Assembly: GCA_963828745.1 (NCBI GenBank)
Contig: CAWHFZ010000012.1
Coordinates: 657,420 to 721,419 of the forward strand
Length of the DNA: 64,000 nt
Direction: 5' to 3'
Source of the DNA: Vicinamibacteria bacterium
Lineage (GTDB): Bacteria > Acidobacteriota > Vicinamibacteria > Vicinamibacterales > JAENWD01
Shown here: piece by piece, positions 25,462 to 37,521 of the stretch
Numbering within the stretch: the first letter of the stretch is position 1
Layout: every line of letters begins with the position of its first letter
Notes under the pieces: generated by a model
The model's input: the letters and a program-made list of their open reading frames with translations, nothing else
Databases searched by the model: none
Told to the model about the DNA's origin: nothing
Program-made: the position numbers and the translations under genes

Positions 25462-25551
25462 TCACGCTGTCGTCGTCGGTGCGCTATGCACCTGTTTTCC
25501 GGCGGACAAAAGTTTGCCAGCAGACACCACAGATCGAAACGGCTCTCCCAA

Positions 25552-25568
25552 AGCAGGGTCTGTGCCAA
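25552..25568 (-). promoter_or_regulatory. candidate sigma-54 (-24/-12) promoter for glnB-glnA
   Basis: The minus strand reads TTGGCACAGACCCTGCT, which is GG-N10-GC with TGGCAC. It lies ~140 nt upstream of the glnB GTG. Confidence 0.45.
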
Positions 25569-25744
25569 TTCACGGGATCGGGCCATTTCCAAACGTTATC
25601 AGACGATTAAAGGGGGGCCTTTGCTTGTAATAACAGTGGACTGGAACGCCTGTCAGATTACAAGTTAGGCAATAAGTTTATTTTTTGTGCAGTTGCGCGT
25701 CTGTGAAGCGGTTAGCGTTTGCCTCGGAAACAGGTGGTAAAGCT

Positions 25745-27244
25745 GTGGACATTCTGACGACCGGCGAAATGGAGCAGGCTGACCGGCTCGCTATTGCGGG
25801 GGGCGCATCGGGTTTCGCGCTGATGCTGCGTGCCGGACAGGCGGTGGCGGACGCCGCCACGGACCTGGTCGGTCAAGGCCCGATTTTGGTTGTCGCTGGG
25901 GGCGGCAATAATGGCGGGGATGGATTTGTCGCTGCGAGTGAACTGGCAGCGCGCGGCCGCGAAGTCTCGATCATCCTGCTGGGCGAGCGGGATAGCCTGA
26001 AGGGCGATGCCGCGCTCGCGGCGAAGGGTTGGAAAGGGCTGGTGCTGCCTTGCGACCTGTCCGCGCTCGGCTTGCCCGCCTTGATTATCGACGCGCTGTT
26101 CGGCGCAGGGCTCAACCGGCCGGTCAGGGGCGATCCTCATGCGATGATCGAGGCCATCAACTCCAACGGCGCGCCGGTCCTCAGCGTCGATCTGCCCAGC
26201 GGCATTAACGGCACCACGGGCGCGATCATGGGCGCCGCGGTCCGTGCCACGGAGACGGTTACGTTTTTTCGTAAGAAACCGGCGCATCTGCTGCTGCCGG
26301 GCCGGATCCATTGCGGCCGGGTGCGCGTCGCCGACATCGGCATCGCTGCCGCTGTACTGGATGAGATTCGTCCCGCAACATTTGAGAATGTCACGGATTA
26401 TTGGCAGGGCGTGTTTCCGGTGCCGCGTATCGACGGGCACAAATATGCACGAGGGCATGCGGTCGTGGTGTCCGGCAATCTGGCCTCAACCGGCGCGGCC
26501 CAACTGTCAGCGCGCGGCGCCTTGCGGGCCGGAGCCGGGCTTGTGACCGTGCTCTCGCCGGACGATGCGCTGGGCGCGAACGCGGCGTCACTGATTGCCG
26601 TGATGGTTCGGCGCATGAATGGCAAGGCCGGATTTGCGGATATCCTGACGGATCGGCGCCTCAACGCCTGCGTGATCGGGCCGGGGGCGGGAATTGGTGA
26701 GGATACCCGCGCGCTCGTGTTGACGGCGCTTGCGGCCAGGCCAGCGCTCGTGCTCGACGCGGACGCGCTGACGAGTTTCGCCGACGCGCCGGATCGCCTG
26801 TTTGAGATCATCAAGGACACCGGTAATTCCGAGATTATCCTGACGCCACATGAAGGAGAGTTTCATCGTCTTTTCAGTGAGATGAGTAATAAATATCCAC
26901 TTCGCTCGAAACTGGAGCGAGTGCGCGCTGCCGCCGTGCGCGCGGGAGCTGTTGTCCTGCTCAAGGGGCCGGATACGGTGGTTGCCTCACCCGACGGGCG
27001 CGCGACGATCGCAGCAAATGCTCCGCCGTGGCTGGCGAGCGCCGGTTCAGGCGACGTGCTGTCCGGCATGATTGGCGGTCTGCTTGCGCAAGGAGTACCG
27101 GCGTTCGAAGCCGCCAGCATTGGCGTGTGGATGCACGGAGAGGCCGGCAACGAGGCGGGCCCGGGGCTGATCGCGGAGGATTTGTCGGAGGTCCTGCCGG
27201 CGGTGTTCCGGCGGCTCTATGACCGGTTCGGAATCGACTACTGA
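25745..27244 (+). CDS. nnr: bifunctional NAD(P)H-hydrate repair enzyme (epimerase/ADP-dependent dehydratase)
   Basis: YjeF-N (GGGNNGGDG) plus the YjeF-C carbohydrate-kinase domain (GSGDVLSG). The ORF opens at 25685; GTG 25745 (VDILTTGEM) is the likely start. Confidence 0.88.
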   Translation: MDILTTGEMEQADRLAIAGGASGFALMLRAGQAVADAATDLVGQGPILVVAGGGNNGGDGFVAASELAARGREVSIILLGERDSLKGDAALAAKGWKGLVLPCDLSALGLPALIIDALFGAGLNRPVRGDPHAMIEAINSNGAPVLSVDLPSGINGTTGAIMGAAVRATETVTFFRKKPAHLLLPGRIHCGRVRVADIGIAAAVLDEIRPATFENVTDYWQGVFPVPRIDGHKYARGHAVVVSGNLASTGAAQLSARGALRAGAGLVTVLSPDDALGANAASLIAVMVRRMNGKAGFADILTDRRLNACVIGPGAGIGEDTRALVLTALAARPALVLDADALTSFADAPDRLFEIIKDTGNSEIILTPHEGEFHRLFSEMSNKYPLRSKLERVRAAAVRAGAVVLLKGPDTVVASPDGRATIAANAPPWLASAGSGDVLSGMIGGLLAQGVPAFEAASIGVWMHGEAGNEAGPGLIAEDLSEVLPAVFRRLYDRFGIDY

Positions 27245-27245
27245 G

Positions 27246-28583
27246 CTACTCTACCGCGAACCAGCGGACCCGGCGTGCCGCGCTCCATTCGACGGCCGTC
27301 GCCTCCATCAGCCACGCCCCGGCGAAGTCCGCGGCGAAAGCAACGCGCTGCGTCTGCCCTGCATCGATCAACACGGTATCCAGCCAAAACGGCTTCCACC
27401 CGTCGTCGAGACGGTCGAGCAGGCGAACGTGATGGCCGTGCAGATGAAACACCATCGGCAGAGTTGCCGTGTTGGTCAGTCTGAGCACCACCGTCCGGCC
27501 GCGCTTGACGCGAAACGTTGGCGCTGAATTCATGTTGAACCGGGTAGGCTGCATCCATGCAACCGGACTTCCTGGGGGAGAGATCAGCGGCATCTCGACG
27601 CGCAGCGCAGTCTTCAGATCGAGCTGCGCCGGCAAGCCGCTGGAAGGCAACGGAGGTGGAGCTGGCAACGGTGCGGCGCGGACGGGCGCGTCCGCCGAGA
27701 TATGTAGTTGGGCGATCTGTTGCGGACTGCGGCCGTCGTGCAGGGTAACGGCTGAGGTTGTTCCCGCAGCTGCCACGGCATCAACGAAGGCATCGACCCG
27801 CGTTCCCGGCGCCAGCACAAATCGCCCGTTGCGCGCCAGAAACGGTTCCGCCGGTTGGCTGTCAATCGCCATGATCCAAACATTCAGATTTTGGATTCCA
27901 AGAGCAATTGCATTGCGCTGGCAGGCATTGATCAACCTGAGCCTGAGTCGGTCGTTGACACGCAGGGTGAGGTTGAGCGAGGGCTCGCCGCTCACCAGGT
28001 AGAGCGGGGCTTCTGCCTTCTCTCCGCCGGAACCGGGAGCGATCGGAAGCCCCTCGGTGTCGAGCCGCCAGTCCTCGATCAGGATGACCTCGTCGCGGTC
28101 GACCTCGACCGGCGTCCGTTCCTCGACGACCAGGGCCCGCGCGGGCGAGGACTGCGCCAGACCGTCGCCGAGGAGGCGGCCATCGCACAGAAAAGTACCG
28201 GCCTGGCGCAACGGAAACGAATACCGGTCGGTTTTGCCCGGCGAAGCCGGCTGGCGGACGATCAAGGGTTCGATGGAAGGCACGCCATCGATCCCTTGCC
28301 AGCTCAGGACCAGCGGCGCGGGAAGGTCGTTGTGCAGGATCAGCTCGATCCCCTCGCCCTGGGGGAAACGCGGGACTGCCGAGAACCCGTCGGTCCGCAG
28401 TGACCAGACAGCAGTTTCGCGTTGACCAGGCCGAAGCAAAAGGGGGGCAGAAGTAGCATGAAAGGCAAGTATCTGCGTATTTCGCGGTTGCGCAAGAACC
28501 GCGGCCGCTGGACCCGCCACGACAGCGGCCCCGAAGCCGGCCAGCAGCTGCCGCCGTGTGAGCGCAATAGGATGACGCGTCAT
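27246..28583 (-). CDS. multicopper-oxidase family protein, TAT-secreted (SufI/FtsP-like)
   Basis: Twin-arginine signal MTRHPIALTRRQLLAGFGAA, cupredoxin-like repeats and HLHGHH. No obvious C-terminal HCH copper motif. Confidence 0.75.
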   Translation of the reverse strand: MTRHPIALTRRQLLAGFGAAVVAGPAAAVLAQPRNTQILAFHATSAPLLLRPGQRETAVWSLRTDGFSAVPRFPQGEGIELILHNDLPAPLVLSWQGIDGVPSIEPLIVRQPASPGKTDRYSFPLRQAGTFLCDGRLLGDGLAQSSPARALVVEERTPVEVDRDEVILIEDWRLDTEGLPIAPGSGGEKAEAPLYLVSGEPSLNLTLRVNDRLRLRLINACQRNAIALGIQNLNVWIMAIDSQPAEPFLARNGRFVLAPGTRVDAFVDAVAAAGTTSAVTLHDGRSPQQIAQLHISADAPVRAAPLPAPPPLPSSGLPAQLDLKTALRVEMPLISPPGSPVAWMQPTRFNMNSAPTFRVKRGRTVVLRLTNTATLPMVFHLHGHHVRLLDRLDDGWKPFWLDTVLIDAGQTQRVAFAADFAGAWLMEATAVEWSAARRVRWFAVE

Positions 28584-28834
28584 CGCCGATGCGGACCATT
28601 TTCTCCGGGTTCTGTCCAGCAGTCTTCAGCGGGGCAAACGGCCATTTTTTTGCTGCGAACCGGTATCGTCATGTTATAAGCCCGCCGCATTGAGCGCGTT
28701 GACGATACCGGGAGATGAGCTCGGCGCCGCTGGTGCGCTCGATTTCAACTTGTTGGAGCATGACGTCTACCGAAAGCCGCTTCGCATTTTGCGGCATCAT
28801 GCTTCGGCGTCGCAGGCCGGATTTGATGCTCATA

Positions 28835-28919
<85 letters not shown>

Positions 28920-29070
28920 AGCGCCGCAGCGTTTGAGCAGAACGACCTCAGGCGGCCTATCCAGGTGGATATGTGCCGGCCGTACACCGATGCAGGCGCT
29001 TCGCCGCGCATCGACCGATTGACAATGATCCGGCCGTTCTGGCTGGACCAAGCGGAAGAAGATTGACGCC

Positions 29071-30432
29071 ATGCAGGTGAACGAAACCCTCTCCGAGGGA
29101 CTGAGGCACGAGTTCCAGGTCAACATTCCGGCCGCTGAAATCGAGGCCAAGGCGGGCGCGCGGCTGGCCGACCTCAAGGACAAGGTGAAGATCAACGGCT
29201 TTCGTCCGGGAAAGGTGCCGGTCGCACATCTCAAGAAGGTCTACGGGCGGTCCGTGATGGTCGAAACCATCGAGGACACAATCCGCGATACCAATATGCA
29301 AATCGTCTCCGAGCGCGGCTTCAAGCTCGCGGGTAATCCCAAGGTGACGATGCCGACGGAGGAGAACGAGGTCGAGGATATCCTCTCGGGCAAATCCGAC
29401 CTCAGCTACAGCGTGGCGATCGAAGTCGTGCCGGCGATTCAGCTTGCGGATTTCAAGACCTTCACCATCGAAAAGCCGGTGGTCGATGTCACTGACGTCG
29501 ACATCGACGAAGCCATCCAGCGGATCGCCGATCAGAACCGTAGTTACTCCGACAAGGCGGAGGGGGCCAAGGCCGAGAATGGCGATCGTGTGACCATCTC
29601 GTTCAAAGGCACCATCGACGGCGAGCCGTTCGAGGACGGCTCCAGCGAGAATGTTCTGGTCGTGATCGGATCGAACGCCCTCATTCCGGGTTTCGAAGAG
29701 CAGTTGATTGGGATCGGCGCCGGCGAGACCCGGGTTGTCAAGGCGTCGTTCCCCAAGAATTATATGGACGCCGAACTTGCGGGCAAAGAGGCCGAGTTCG
29801 AGACCATTGCGAGCCAGATCGAGGTACCCCAGGAGATCAAGATCGACGATGAGTTCGTTCAGTCGCTCGGTCTGGACTCGCTCGATAAGCTGAAGGAAGC
29901 CGCCCGTGAACGGCTCGCCGCCGAATTTGCCCGCGCGATGAGGCAACACGTGAAGCGCGCGCTGTTCGATCGCCTCGACGAGGCGCACAAATTCGAGGCG
30001 CCGCCGACGCTGGTCGAAGAGGAATTCAATCAGGTGTGGCAGTCGATCACGACGGAGATGGAGTCGAACAAAAAGACCTTCGCCGACGAAAACACCACCG
30101 AAGACGCCGCCAGGGTTGAGTATCGCCAGATCGCCGACCGCCGGGTACGGCTCAGTCTCGTGCTCTCTGAAATAGGCGAAAAGAACAAGATTTCGGTCAC
30201 CGATGAGGAGATGAAACGCGCGGTGATCACTCGCGCCCGCCAGATGCCGGGTCGTGAGAAGGAAGTTTTTGACTTCTATCGCAACAATCCCAATGCCCTA
30301 GCCCAGATTCGCGCTCCGATTTATGAAGACAAAGTGGTGGATTTCATTCTCGAACTCGCCAACGTCACGGAAAAGAAGGTGACGCGTGAGGATCTCTATA
30401 AGGATCACGAGGCGCACAGTACCGATGTCTGA
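29071..30432 (+). CDS. tig: trigger factor
   Basis: 453-aa ORF with [10 protein letters not shown] and an FKBP-type PPIase core. Conserved tig-clpP-clpX-lon order. Confidence 0.95.
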   Translation: MQVNETLSEGLRHEFQVNIPAAEIEAKAGARLADLKDKVKINGFRPGKVPVAHLKKVYGRSVMVETIEDTIRDTNMQIVSERGFKLAGNPKVTMPTEENEVEDILSGKSDLSYSVAIEVVPAIQLADFKTFTIEKPVVDVTDVDIDEAIQRIADQNRSYSDKAEGAKAENGDRVTISFKGTIDGEPFEDGSSENVLVVIGSNALIPGFEEQLIGIGAGETRVVKASFPKNYMDAELAGKEAEFETIASQIEVPQEIKIDDEFVQSLGLDSLDKLKEAARERLAAEFARAMRQHVKRALFDRLDEAHKFEAPPTLVEEEFNQVWQSITTEMESNKKTFADENTTEDAARVEYRQIADRRVRLSLVLSEIGEKNKISVTDEEMKRAVITRARQMPGREKEVFDFYRNNPNALAQIRAPIYEDKVVDFILELANVTEKKVTREDLYKDHEAHSTDV

Positions 30433-30733
30433 CGGGGGCCGCGCGTCGATGGGGCGTCGGATCTGGCTTGCGCCCGACATTAAGGATATCGGTTGAAACC
30501 GGCGTCGCGACGCCATCCACGCTAGGTCACGCGCGACGAATCGGCTTGAACTGGGTTCGGTCGCGTCGGCGCGGGCGCCCTTGTCGCCGAACGATTGGCT
30601 CATATCTGTGAGCCGTCTTTGCCAAGTCCTGCTTCACGGGACCCTCATCCGCACCGGAAGAACTGGAGACTGTCCGGTTTTGCCTTGGATGTTTGTCTCC
30701 GCCAAACTGCTTACACGAACCTTTAGGTGATCA

Positions 30734-31366
30734 ATGCGCGATCCAGTGGAAACCTACATGAACCTCGTGCCGATGGTGGTCGAGCAGACCAACCGCGGAG
30801 AGAGGGCTTACGACATCTTCTCCCGGATGCTGAAGGAGCGCATCATCTTCCTGACTGGACCGGTCGAGGACGGCATGTCGACGCTGGTCGTCGCGCAGCT
30901 TCTGTTCCTCGAAGCCGAGAATCCCAAGAAAGAAATCTCGATGTACATCAATTCGCCGGGGGGCGTGGTGACATCGGGGCTCGCGATCTACGACACGATG
31001 CAGTTCATTCGTCCGCCGGTTGCAACGCTATGCATCGGGCAGGCCGCGTCGATGGGCTCATTGCTGCTGGCTGCAGGCGAAAAGGATATGCGGCATGCGT
31101 TACCGAACGCGCGCATCATGGTTCACCAGCCGTCTGGTGGCTTCCAGGGTCAGGCGACGGACATCATGCTGCACGCCCAGGAGATCCTGAATCTCAAGAA
31201 GCGGCTCAACGAAATCTACGTCAAGCACACAGGACAGACCTATAAGGCGATCGAGGATGCGCTGGAGCGCGACAAGTTCCTCACCGCCGACATGGCCCGC
31301 GACTTCGGCATCGTCGACAAGGTGATCGACAAGCGAGCTGAAGAGCCGGCTTCCAAGACTTCGTAG
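30734..31366 (+). CDS. clpP: ATP-dependent Clp protease proteolytic subunit
   Basis: Active-site context [11 protein letters not shown] and the HQPSGG motif. Confidence 0.96.
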   Translation: MRDPVETYMNLVPMVVEQTNRGERAYDIFSRMLKERIIFLTGPVEDGMSTLVVAQLLFLEAENPKKEISMYINSPGGVVTSGLAIYDTMQFIRPPVATLCIGQAASMGSLLLAAGEKDMRHALPNARIMVHQPSGGFQGQATDIMLHAQEILNLKKRLNEIYVKHTGQTYKAIEDALERDKFLTADMARDFGIVDKVIDKRAEEPASKTS

Positions 31367-31821
31367 TATCGGCCTTCGTCTTGGGATGAGCTGAGACGGC
31401 TTGGTTTGATCCGGCCCTAACTCAGCACCACCGGCGATTGCACCACGATACCTCTGGATTGTCCGAGAAGTTCCTTTTTCGTGCCGTTCCCCCTTGACTG
31501 GGGGCGTGACAATCGCGCAACGCTTGGCTGAATTGGCGGAAAGAGGGTCGCGTTATCGGGCCTAATTACGCTATGGTCACGATGTGGAAGGCATGCGGAT
31601 TAGCTAATTCTTGATGGTCGGCTGGCACCATGGTTCGCTGAGTAAGTTCAGCTAGTATGTGTGGGAGAATATCGAGTTAACCGCGATTCGCGCGGGATCT
31701 AGAGCGTAGGGTCTTTTCTGGTACGGATTTTGCTCTTACCTAAACTCGCTTCCCCGGATGTGCCGGAACGGAGCGGGCGAGCAGGCGAACAGGCGAGACC
31801 GAACGGCGGACGGAGACAGGA

Positions 31822-33096
<1,275 letters not shown>

Positions 33097-33417
33097 TCGA
33101 GGTGTTTTTGGTGCGAGCTCCTGTCGCCGCGAAGCATGGCTGCCGATCCGTCGCGGCGGTCGTCCGCGATGCAAGCACTAGTTACGTGTAATCCCTGACA
33201 ACAGCCGCTTTCTTTCACTTGACACACTGGCGGTCGATAGCCACCTAATGCTGTCGGCGGCGGAGACATGTGAAGCTTCGCCGCTCCACGACCCAGGGCA
33301 GGTGAGGCCATCGGTTCGCAAGAGGCCTATCCTTCTCCGGCAACCCCGGCACCTTGTAGCGGTTGCGCATGATCTGCGGGCTGCGTACGCAAGGGGGCAT
33401 AACAAAAGGAACAGGCA

Positions 33418-35841
33418 ATGACCGCCTCAAAACCTCGGCCATCTATCGTTCGCGGCGAAACACATACTTATCCGGTGCTGCCGCTTCGCGACATCGTCGT
33501 TTTCCCGCATATGATTGTGCCGCTATTCGTCGGCCGCGAGAAATCGATCAAGGCGCTCGAGGAGGTCATGAAGAATGATGCGCTGATCATGCTGGCGACG
33601 CAGAAGAACGCGTCGGACGATGATCCTGCGCCGGATTCGATCTATAAAATCGGAACGCTCGCCAGCGTGCTGCAACTGCTGAAGCTTCCCGACGGCACAG
33701 TGAAGGTGCTGGTGGAGGGCCTTGAGCGCGCGCGCGTGGAGACCTATTCCGGCCGCACCGAATATTATGAAGCGACCGCCGTCGCCTTGGCCGATACCGA
33801 CACCAGCAGCATCGAAGCCGAAGCGCTGGCGCGTTCCGTCGTGTCGGATTTCGAAAGCTATGTGAAGCTGAACAAGAAGATCTCACCCGAGGTCGTTGGG
33901 GTTGTGCAGGCGATCACGGATTTCGCAAAGCTCGGCGATACCGTGGCTTCGCACCTGGCCGCCAAGATCGCGGATCGCCAGGGGATCCTGGAAACGCTGT
34001 CAGTCACGGCGCGCCTGGAAAAGGTGCTCGGTCTGATGGAGAGCGAGATTTCGGTCTTGCAGGTCGAGAAGCGTATCCGCTCGCGCGTCAAGCGCCAGAT
34101 GGAGAAGACCCAGCGCGAATACTATCTCAACGAACAGATGAAGGCGATCCAGAAGGAACTCGGCGACGACGAGGGCCGCGACGAACTCGCCGATCTCGAA
34201 GAGAAGATTGCCAAGACCAAGCTTTCGAAGGAAGCGCGGGAGAAGGCGCAGCACGAGTTAAAGAAGCTGCGCCAGATGTCTCCGATGTCAGCCGAAGCCA
34301 CCGTGGTGCGCAACTATCTCGATTGGCTGCTGTCGATTCCGTGGAGCAAGAAGTCCAAGGTCAAGAAGGATCTCAACGCCGCGCAGGAAGTGCTCGACAC
34401 AGACCACTACGGGCTTGAGAAGGTGAAGGACCGTATCGTCGAGTATCTCGCCGTGCAGTCGCGCGCCAATAAGCTGACCGGACCGATCCTGTGTCTCGTC
34501 GGCCCGCCCGGCGTCGGCAAGACTTCGCTCGGCAAGTCGATCGCGAGAGCGACCGGCCGCGAATTTGTGCGCGTGTCGCTCGGCGGCGTGCGCGACGAGG
34601 CGGAGATCCGCGGCCACCGCCGGACCTACATCGGTTCGATGCCCGGCAAGATCATCCAGTCGATGCGGAAGGCCAAAACTTCAAACCCGCTATTTCTGCT
34701 GGACGAGATCGACAAGATGGGCGCCGATTTCCGCGGCGACCCGTCGTCGGCTCTGCTTGAGGTTCTCGATCCCGAGCAGAATTCGACTTTCAACGATCAC
34801 TATCTTGAAGTCGATTATGACCTCTCCAACGTGATGTTCATCACAACCGCGAATACACTAAATATTCCGGGGCCCTTGATGGACCGCATGGAGATCATCC
34901 GGATCGCCGGCTACACCGAGAACGAGAAGGTCGAGATCGCCCGCAAGCATCTCATTCCGAACTCGCTCGCCAAGCATGGACTGGATTCGAAGGAGTGGTC
35001 GATCGATGACGACTCACTCCTGCTCATGATCCGTCGCTACACCCGCGAAGCGGGCGTGCGTAATCTGGAGCGTGAGCTCTCCTCACTCGCCCGCAAGGCG
35101 GTGAAGGAGTTGATGCTCTCGAAAAGGAAGTCGGTCAAAGTCACCGAGAAGGTCGTCGAGGAATTTCTCGGAGTGCCGAAATATCGCTACGGCGAGATCG
35201 AAACCGACGATCAGGTCGGTGTCGTAACCGGTCTGGCATGGACTGACGTCGGTGGCGAGTTGCTGACGATCGAAAGTGTGATGATGCCCGGCAAGGGCCG
35301 CATGACGGTCACTGGCAACCTGCGTGACGTGATGAAGAAATTGATCTCGGCGGCGGCGTCCTATGTCCGCTCGCGCGCGATCACCTTCGGGATCGAACCG
35401 CCGCTGTTCGAACGGCGCGATATCCACGTTCATGTTCCCGAGGGAGCTACTCCGAAGGATGGTCCTTCGGCCGGTGTGGCGATGGCGACGACGATCGTGT
35501 CGGTGCTTACCGGAATTCCGATTCGGCACGACATCGCGATGACGGGCGAGATCACGCTGCGCGGCAGGGTATTGCCGATCGGCGGCCTGAAGGAGAAGCT
35601 CTTGGCTGCGGCCCGAGGCGGCATCAAAACGGTGCTAATTCCCGACGACAATGCCAAGGATCTGACGGAGATCTCCGACGCCATCAAGGGTGGACTGGAT
35701 ATCATTCCAGTCGCGCGGATGGACGAGGTGATCGCCAACGCGCTGGTGCGGCAGCCGAAGCCGATTGTCTGGGAGGAGGATCCCAAGCTTCCGGTCGCCG
35801 ATGCGACTGACGAGGCTGCCGGGGGCCTGACCGCGCACTGA
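33418..35841 (+). CDS. lon: endopeptidase La (Lon protease)
   Basis: 807-aa intact ORF with GPPGVGKTS and the catalytic PKDGPSAG. Confidence 0.97.
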   Translation: MTASKPRPSIVRGETHTYPVLPLRDIVVFPHMIVPLFVGREKSIKALEEVMKNDALIMLATQKNASDDDPAPDSIYKIGTLASVLQLLKLPDGTVKVLVEGLERARVETYSGRTEYYEATAVALADTDTSSIEAEALARSVVSDFESYVKLNKKISPEVVGVVQAITDFAKLGDTVASHLAAKIADRQGILETLSVTARLEKVLGLMESEISVLQVEKRIRSRVKRQMEKTQREYYLNEQMKAIQKELGDDEGRDELADLEEKIAKTKLSKEAREKAQHELKKLRQMSPMSAEATVVRNYLDWLLSIPWSKKSKVKKDLNAAQEVLDTDHYGLEKVKDRIVEYLAVQSRANKLTGPILCLVGPPGVGKTSLGKSIARATGREFVRVSLGGVRDEAEIRGHRRTYIGSMPGKIIQSMRKAKTSNPLFLLDEIDKMGADFRGDPSSALLEVLDPEQNSTFNDHYLEVDYDLSNVMFITTANTLNIPGPLMDRMEIIRIAGYTENEKVEIARKHLIPNSLAKHGLDSKEWSIDDDSLLLMIRRYTREAGVRNLERELSSLARKAVKELMLSKRKSVKVTEKVVEEFLGVPKYRYGEIETDDQVGVVTGLAWTDVGGELLTIESVMMPGKGRMTVTGNLRDVMKKLISAAASYVRSRAITFGIEPPLFERRDIHVHVPEGATPKDGPSAGVAMATTIVSVLTGIPIRHDIAMTGEITLRGRVLPIGGLKEKLLAAARGGIKTVLIPDDNAKDLTEISDAIKGGLDIIPVARMDEVIANALVRQPKPIVWEEDPKLPVADATDEAAGGLTAH

Positions 35842-35862
35842 GGGTTGAGCTAACCTAACGAA

Positions 35863-35894
35863 ACGGCGCCCTTTTAGGGCGCCGTTTTGCTTTT
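35863..35894 (+). terminator. rho-independent terminator after lon
   Basis: ACGGCGCCC-TTTTA-GGGCGCCGT followed by TTTGCTTTT. Confidence 0.8.
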
Positions 35895-36048
35895 ATGACG
35901 TGGTTATGCCTGCCGGATGATCCCCTGCGGATTTCTGGCCTTTTGCGCGAAAATCGACCCAGAAAACCTATCCGATGGACGCGCGCTTGTAACTGCGAAC
36001 TGGCGGCGGCTTGCATGAAGGGGCGCGTCGGAGCTAAACAGGAGGCGA

Positions 36049-36075
36049 GGGCGGTTAGCTCAGCTGGTTAGAGCA
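36049..36075 (+). pseudogene. 5' fragment (nt 1-26) of a tRNA-Val gene
   Basis: GGGCGGTTAGCTCAGCTGGTTAGAGCA is the acceptor 5' strand plus a complete D-arm. Similarity to tRNA ends abruptly after this. Confidence 0.8.
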
Positions 36076-36279
36076 TTATACTGCGATGGATGCCGCAGAA
36101 ATCCTTTATTTTCAGGCGCTTTTTTCATTGTTTGATGGCGCTAAAGTGCTCCAAAAGGCACCTCAGAGCACCAGTGCGCGCCCTTTACGCGCCAGCCAAA
36201 ACCCTCTCGGTTTTTATCTCGGGTGGGCTCTCCTGCTCTTTGCCAGTACGCGCCAGTAATGGTTCAGGAGGTCTGCACG

Positions 36280-36534
36280 ATGAATCTCGAATCTCTATCC
36301 ATCGAACAACTGGCCGATCTGCGGGACCAAGTTATCTCGACGCTGAAAGCGGGAGCTACAGGGTGAGATAGACCGGCTCTCGGGCATCTCATCGTCCGAA
36401 AAGCAAAAACCCTCCACAGCGCGTCCTAAGCGGCCGGTGAAATATCGGGACCGGGAAAATGAATGGACGGGGTAGGGACGAAACCCGCGTGGGCGAAGCT
36501 CAAGGGCGATACGCTGGAGAGCTATCGAGTTTGA
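36280..36534 (+). pseudogene. decayed H-NS-family (xenogeneic-silencer-like) gene
   Basis: AGGAGG RBS then MNLESLSIEQLADLRDQVISTLKAGATG*. Other frames continue EIDRLSGISSSEKQKPSTARPKRPVKYRDRENEWTG* and GTKPAWAKLKGDTLESYRV*. The W(T/S)GRG.KP.W-type C-terminal DNA-binding motif is recognisable, but at least 2 frameshifts are present. Confidence 0.6.
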
Positions 36535-36562
36535 AACCTATTTCGCCGCGGGTGCGCATTTC

Positions 36563-37072
36563 TCACGTGCAAGCGCGGTTTATATCCACCATCTGCTTAT
36601 TGAGATTGGAAATGGTGCCGTATTTCAACTCATCCTTGGTGTGAGTAACGATCGCTATGTAGGTGGAGAACGTGATGCCCACGGAGGTATTTTTCGAGAT
36701 GCACTCGCAAAACTTTTCGTTGGGAAAAGCTGAAAGGCACTCGCTCTTCTTTTTGTTGACCATGGAGTCTGCGTTGGCCAATGCCTGATTGAAGAGGCGA
36801 TCAACCTGGTCTGACTGGTCACGCCGCTGCTTTTCGTCAAGGTGCTGATGCGCCCCACGACATCAGCACAAGGCTTGCGACAAAGATTGCCCGCATAAAT
36901 CACCACCACGATCCGACCCGTAAAGGTTGGTATATTCGAGGGCAGCACCTACAAGTACCTTGTTGGGCCACTCGGTCGATGAGTTGAAGGTATAAAAAGA
37001 GCCGGGACTTTCACCCGGCGATGTACCCCATAAGGGGCCTGTCACTGCCTCGTCGTCTGTGAGGCAGGCCAA
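36563..37072 (-). pseudogene. unknown ~170-codon ORF interrupted by an in-frame TGA (36863..36865), with no clear start
   Basis: ORFs 36863..37072 and 36563..36781 are in the same frame and separated only by a TGA. Only TTG/CTG starts are available. Another frame upstream suggests further decay. Confidence 0.4.
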
Positions 37073-37275
37073 ATGCTGCTGTGGGCGACTTATCCCGCCA
37101 TCCTGTGGAGACAGCCTCGAAGCAGCTCACGCAAATGGACTGCACTTGAATCCTGCGCCGCGTCGGAATCGTCGTCAAACAAAAACGAAACGCCGCCGCG
37201 CAATTACTCGCGCGGACGGCGTCGGTTATTCACTGGGCCCTCAAAATCCCCAGCCACTATAGGTACGGTTAGGCT

Positions 37276-37330
37276 GAAAAAAGGTTCAAAAAAGAAGCCT
37301 CACCGTCGGTAGGGACCGGCGAGGCTTCTT
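37276..37330 (-). terminator. rho-independent terminator (minus strand)
   Basis: The minus strand has a GAAGCCUCGCCG...CGGUGAGGCUUC stem (one G-U pair) followed by UUUUUUGAACCUUUUUU. Confidence 0.7.
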
Positions 37331-37521
37331 CCAGTGCGAGCGTTGCGGAGCGCTCCTCATATGAATTCTGCTTTTCGGGAATCGTTCCTGTGGGACCGCT
37401 GGGCCACGGCCTTGTGAACAAACCCTCGGTTACACCCAGTTGCGTGACAAGAAGCCAGAGACTGGCCCAGCCCATGGGATGGGCGGGTTCTTTTCACGGT
37501 CGCCCCCGCGACGGGCGGTTA

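Noticed and set aside
25478-25492. Palindrome GGTGC-GCTAT-GCACC, considered as an NtrC binding site.
   Set aside because: The half-sites are in the opposite order to the NtrC consensus (TGCACC-N5-GGTGCA). The palindrome also lies downstream of the candidate promoter. No second site is present.
33218-33249. CTTGAC...CCACCTAAT upstream of lon, considered as an RpoH (sigma-32) promoter.
   Set aside because: The spacing between the CTTG and the CCTAAT-like -10 is ~22 nt, longer than the 17-18 nt I recall for alphaproteobacterial RpoH promoters. The match is too weak to call.
36090-36371. 93-aa plus-strand ORF (MPQKSFIFRRFF...) and the other short ORFs 37059-37785(+).
   Set aside because: They show no RBS and poor composition. 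They overlap better-explained features (the H-NS-like remnant, terminators and the minus-strand small ORF).
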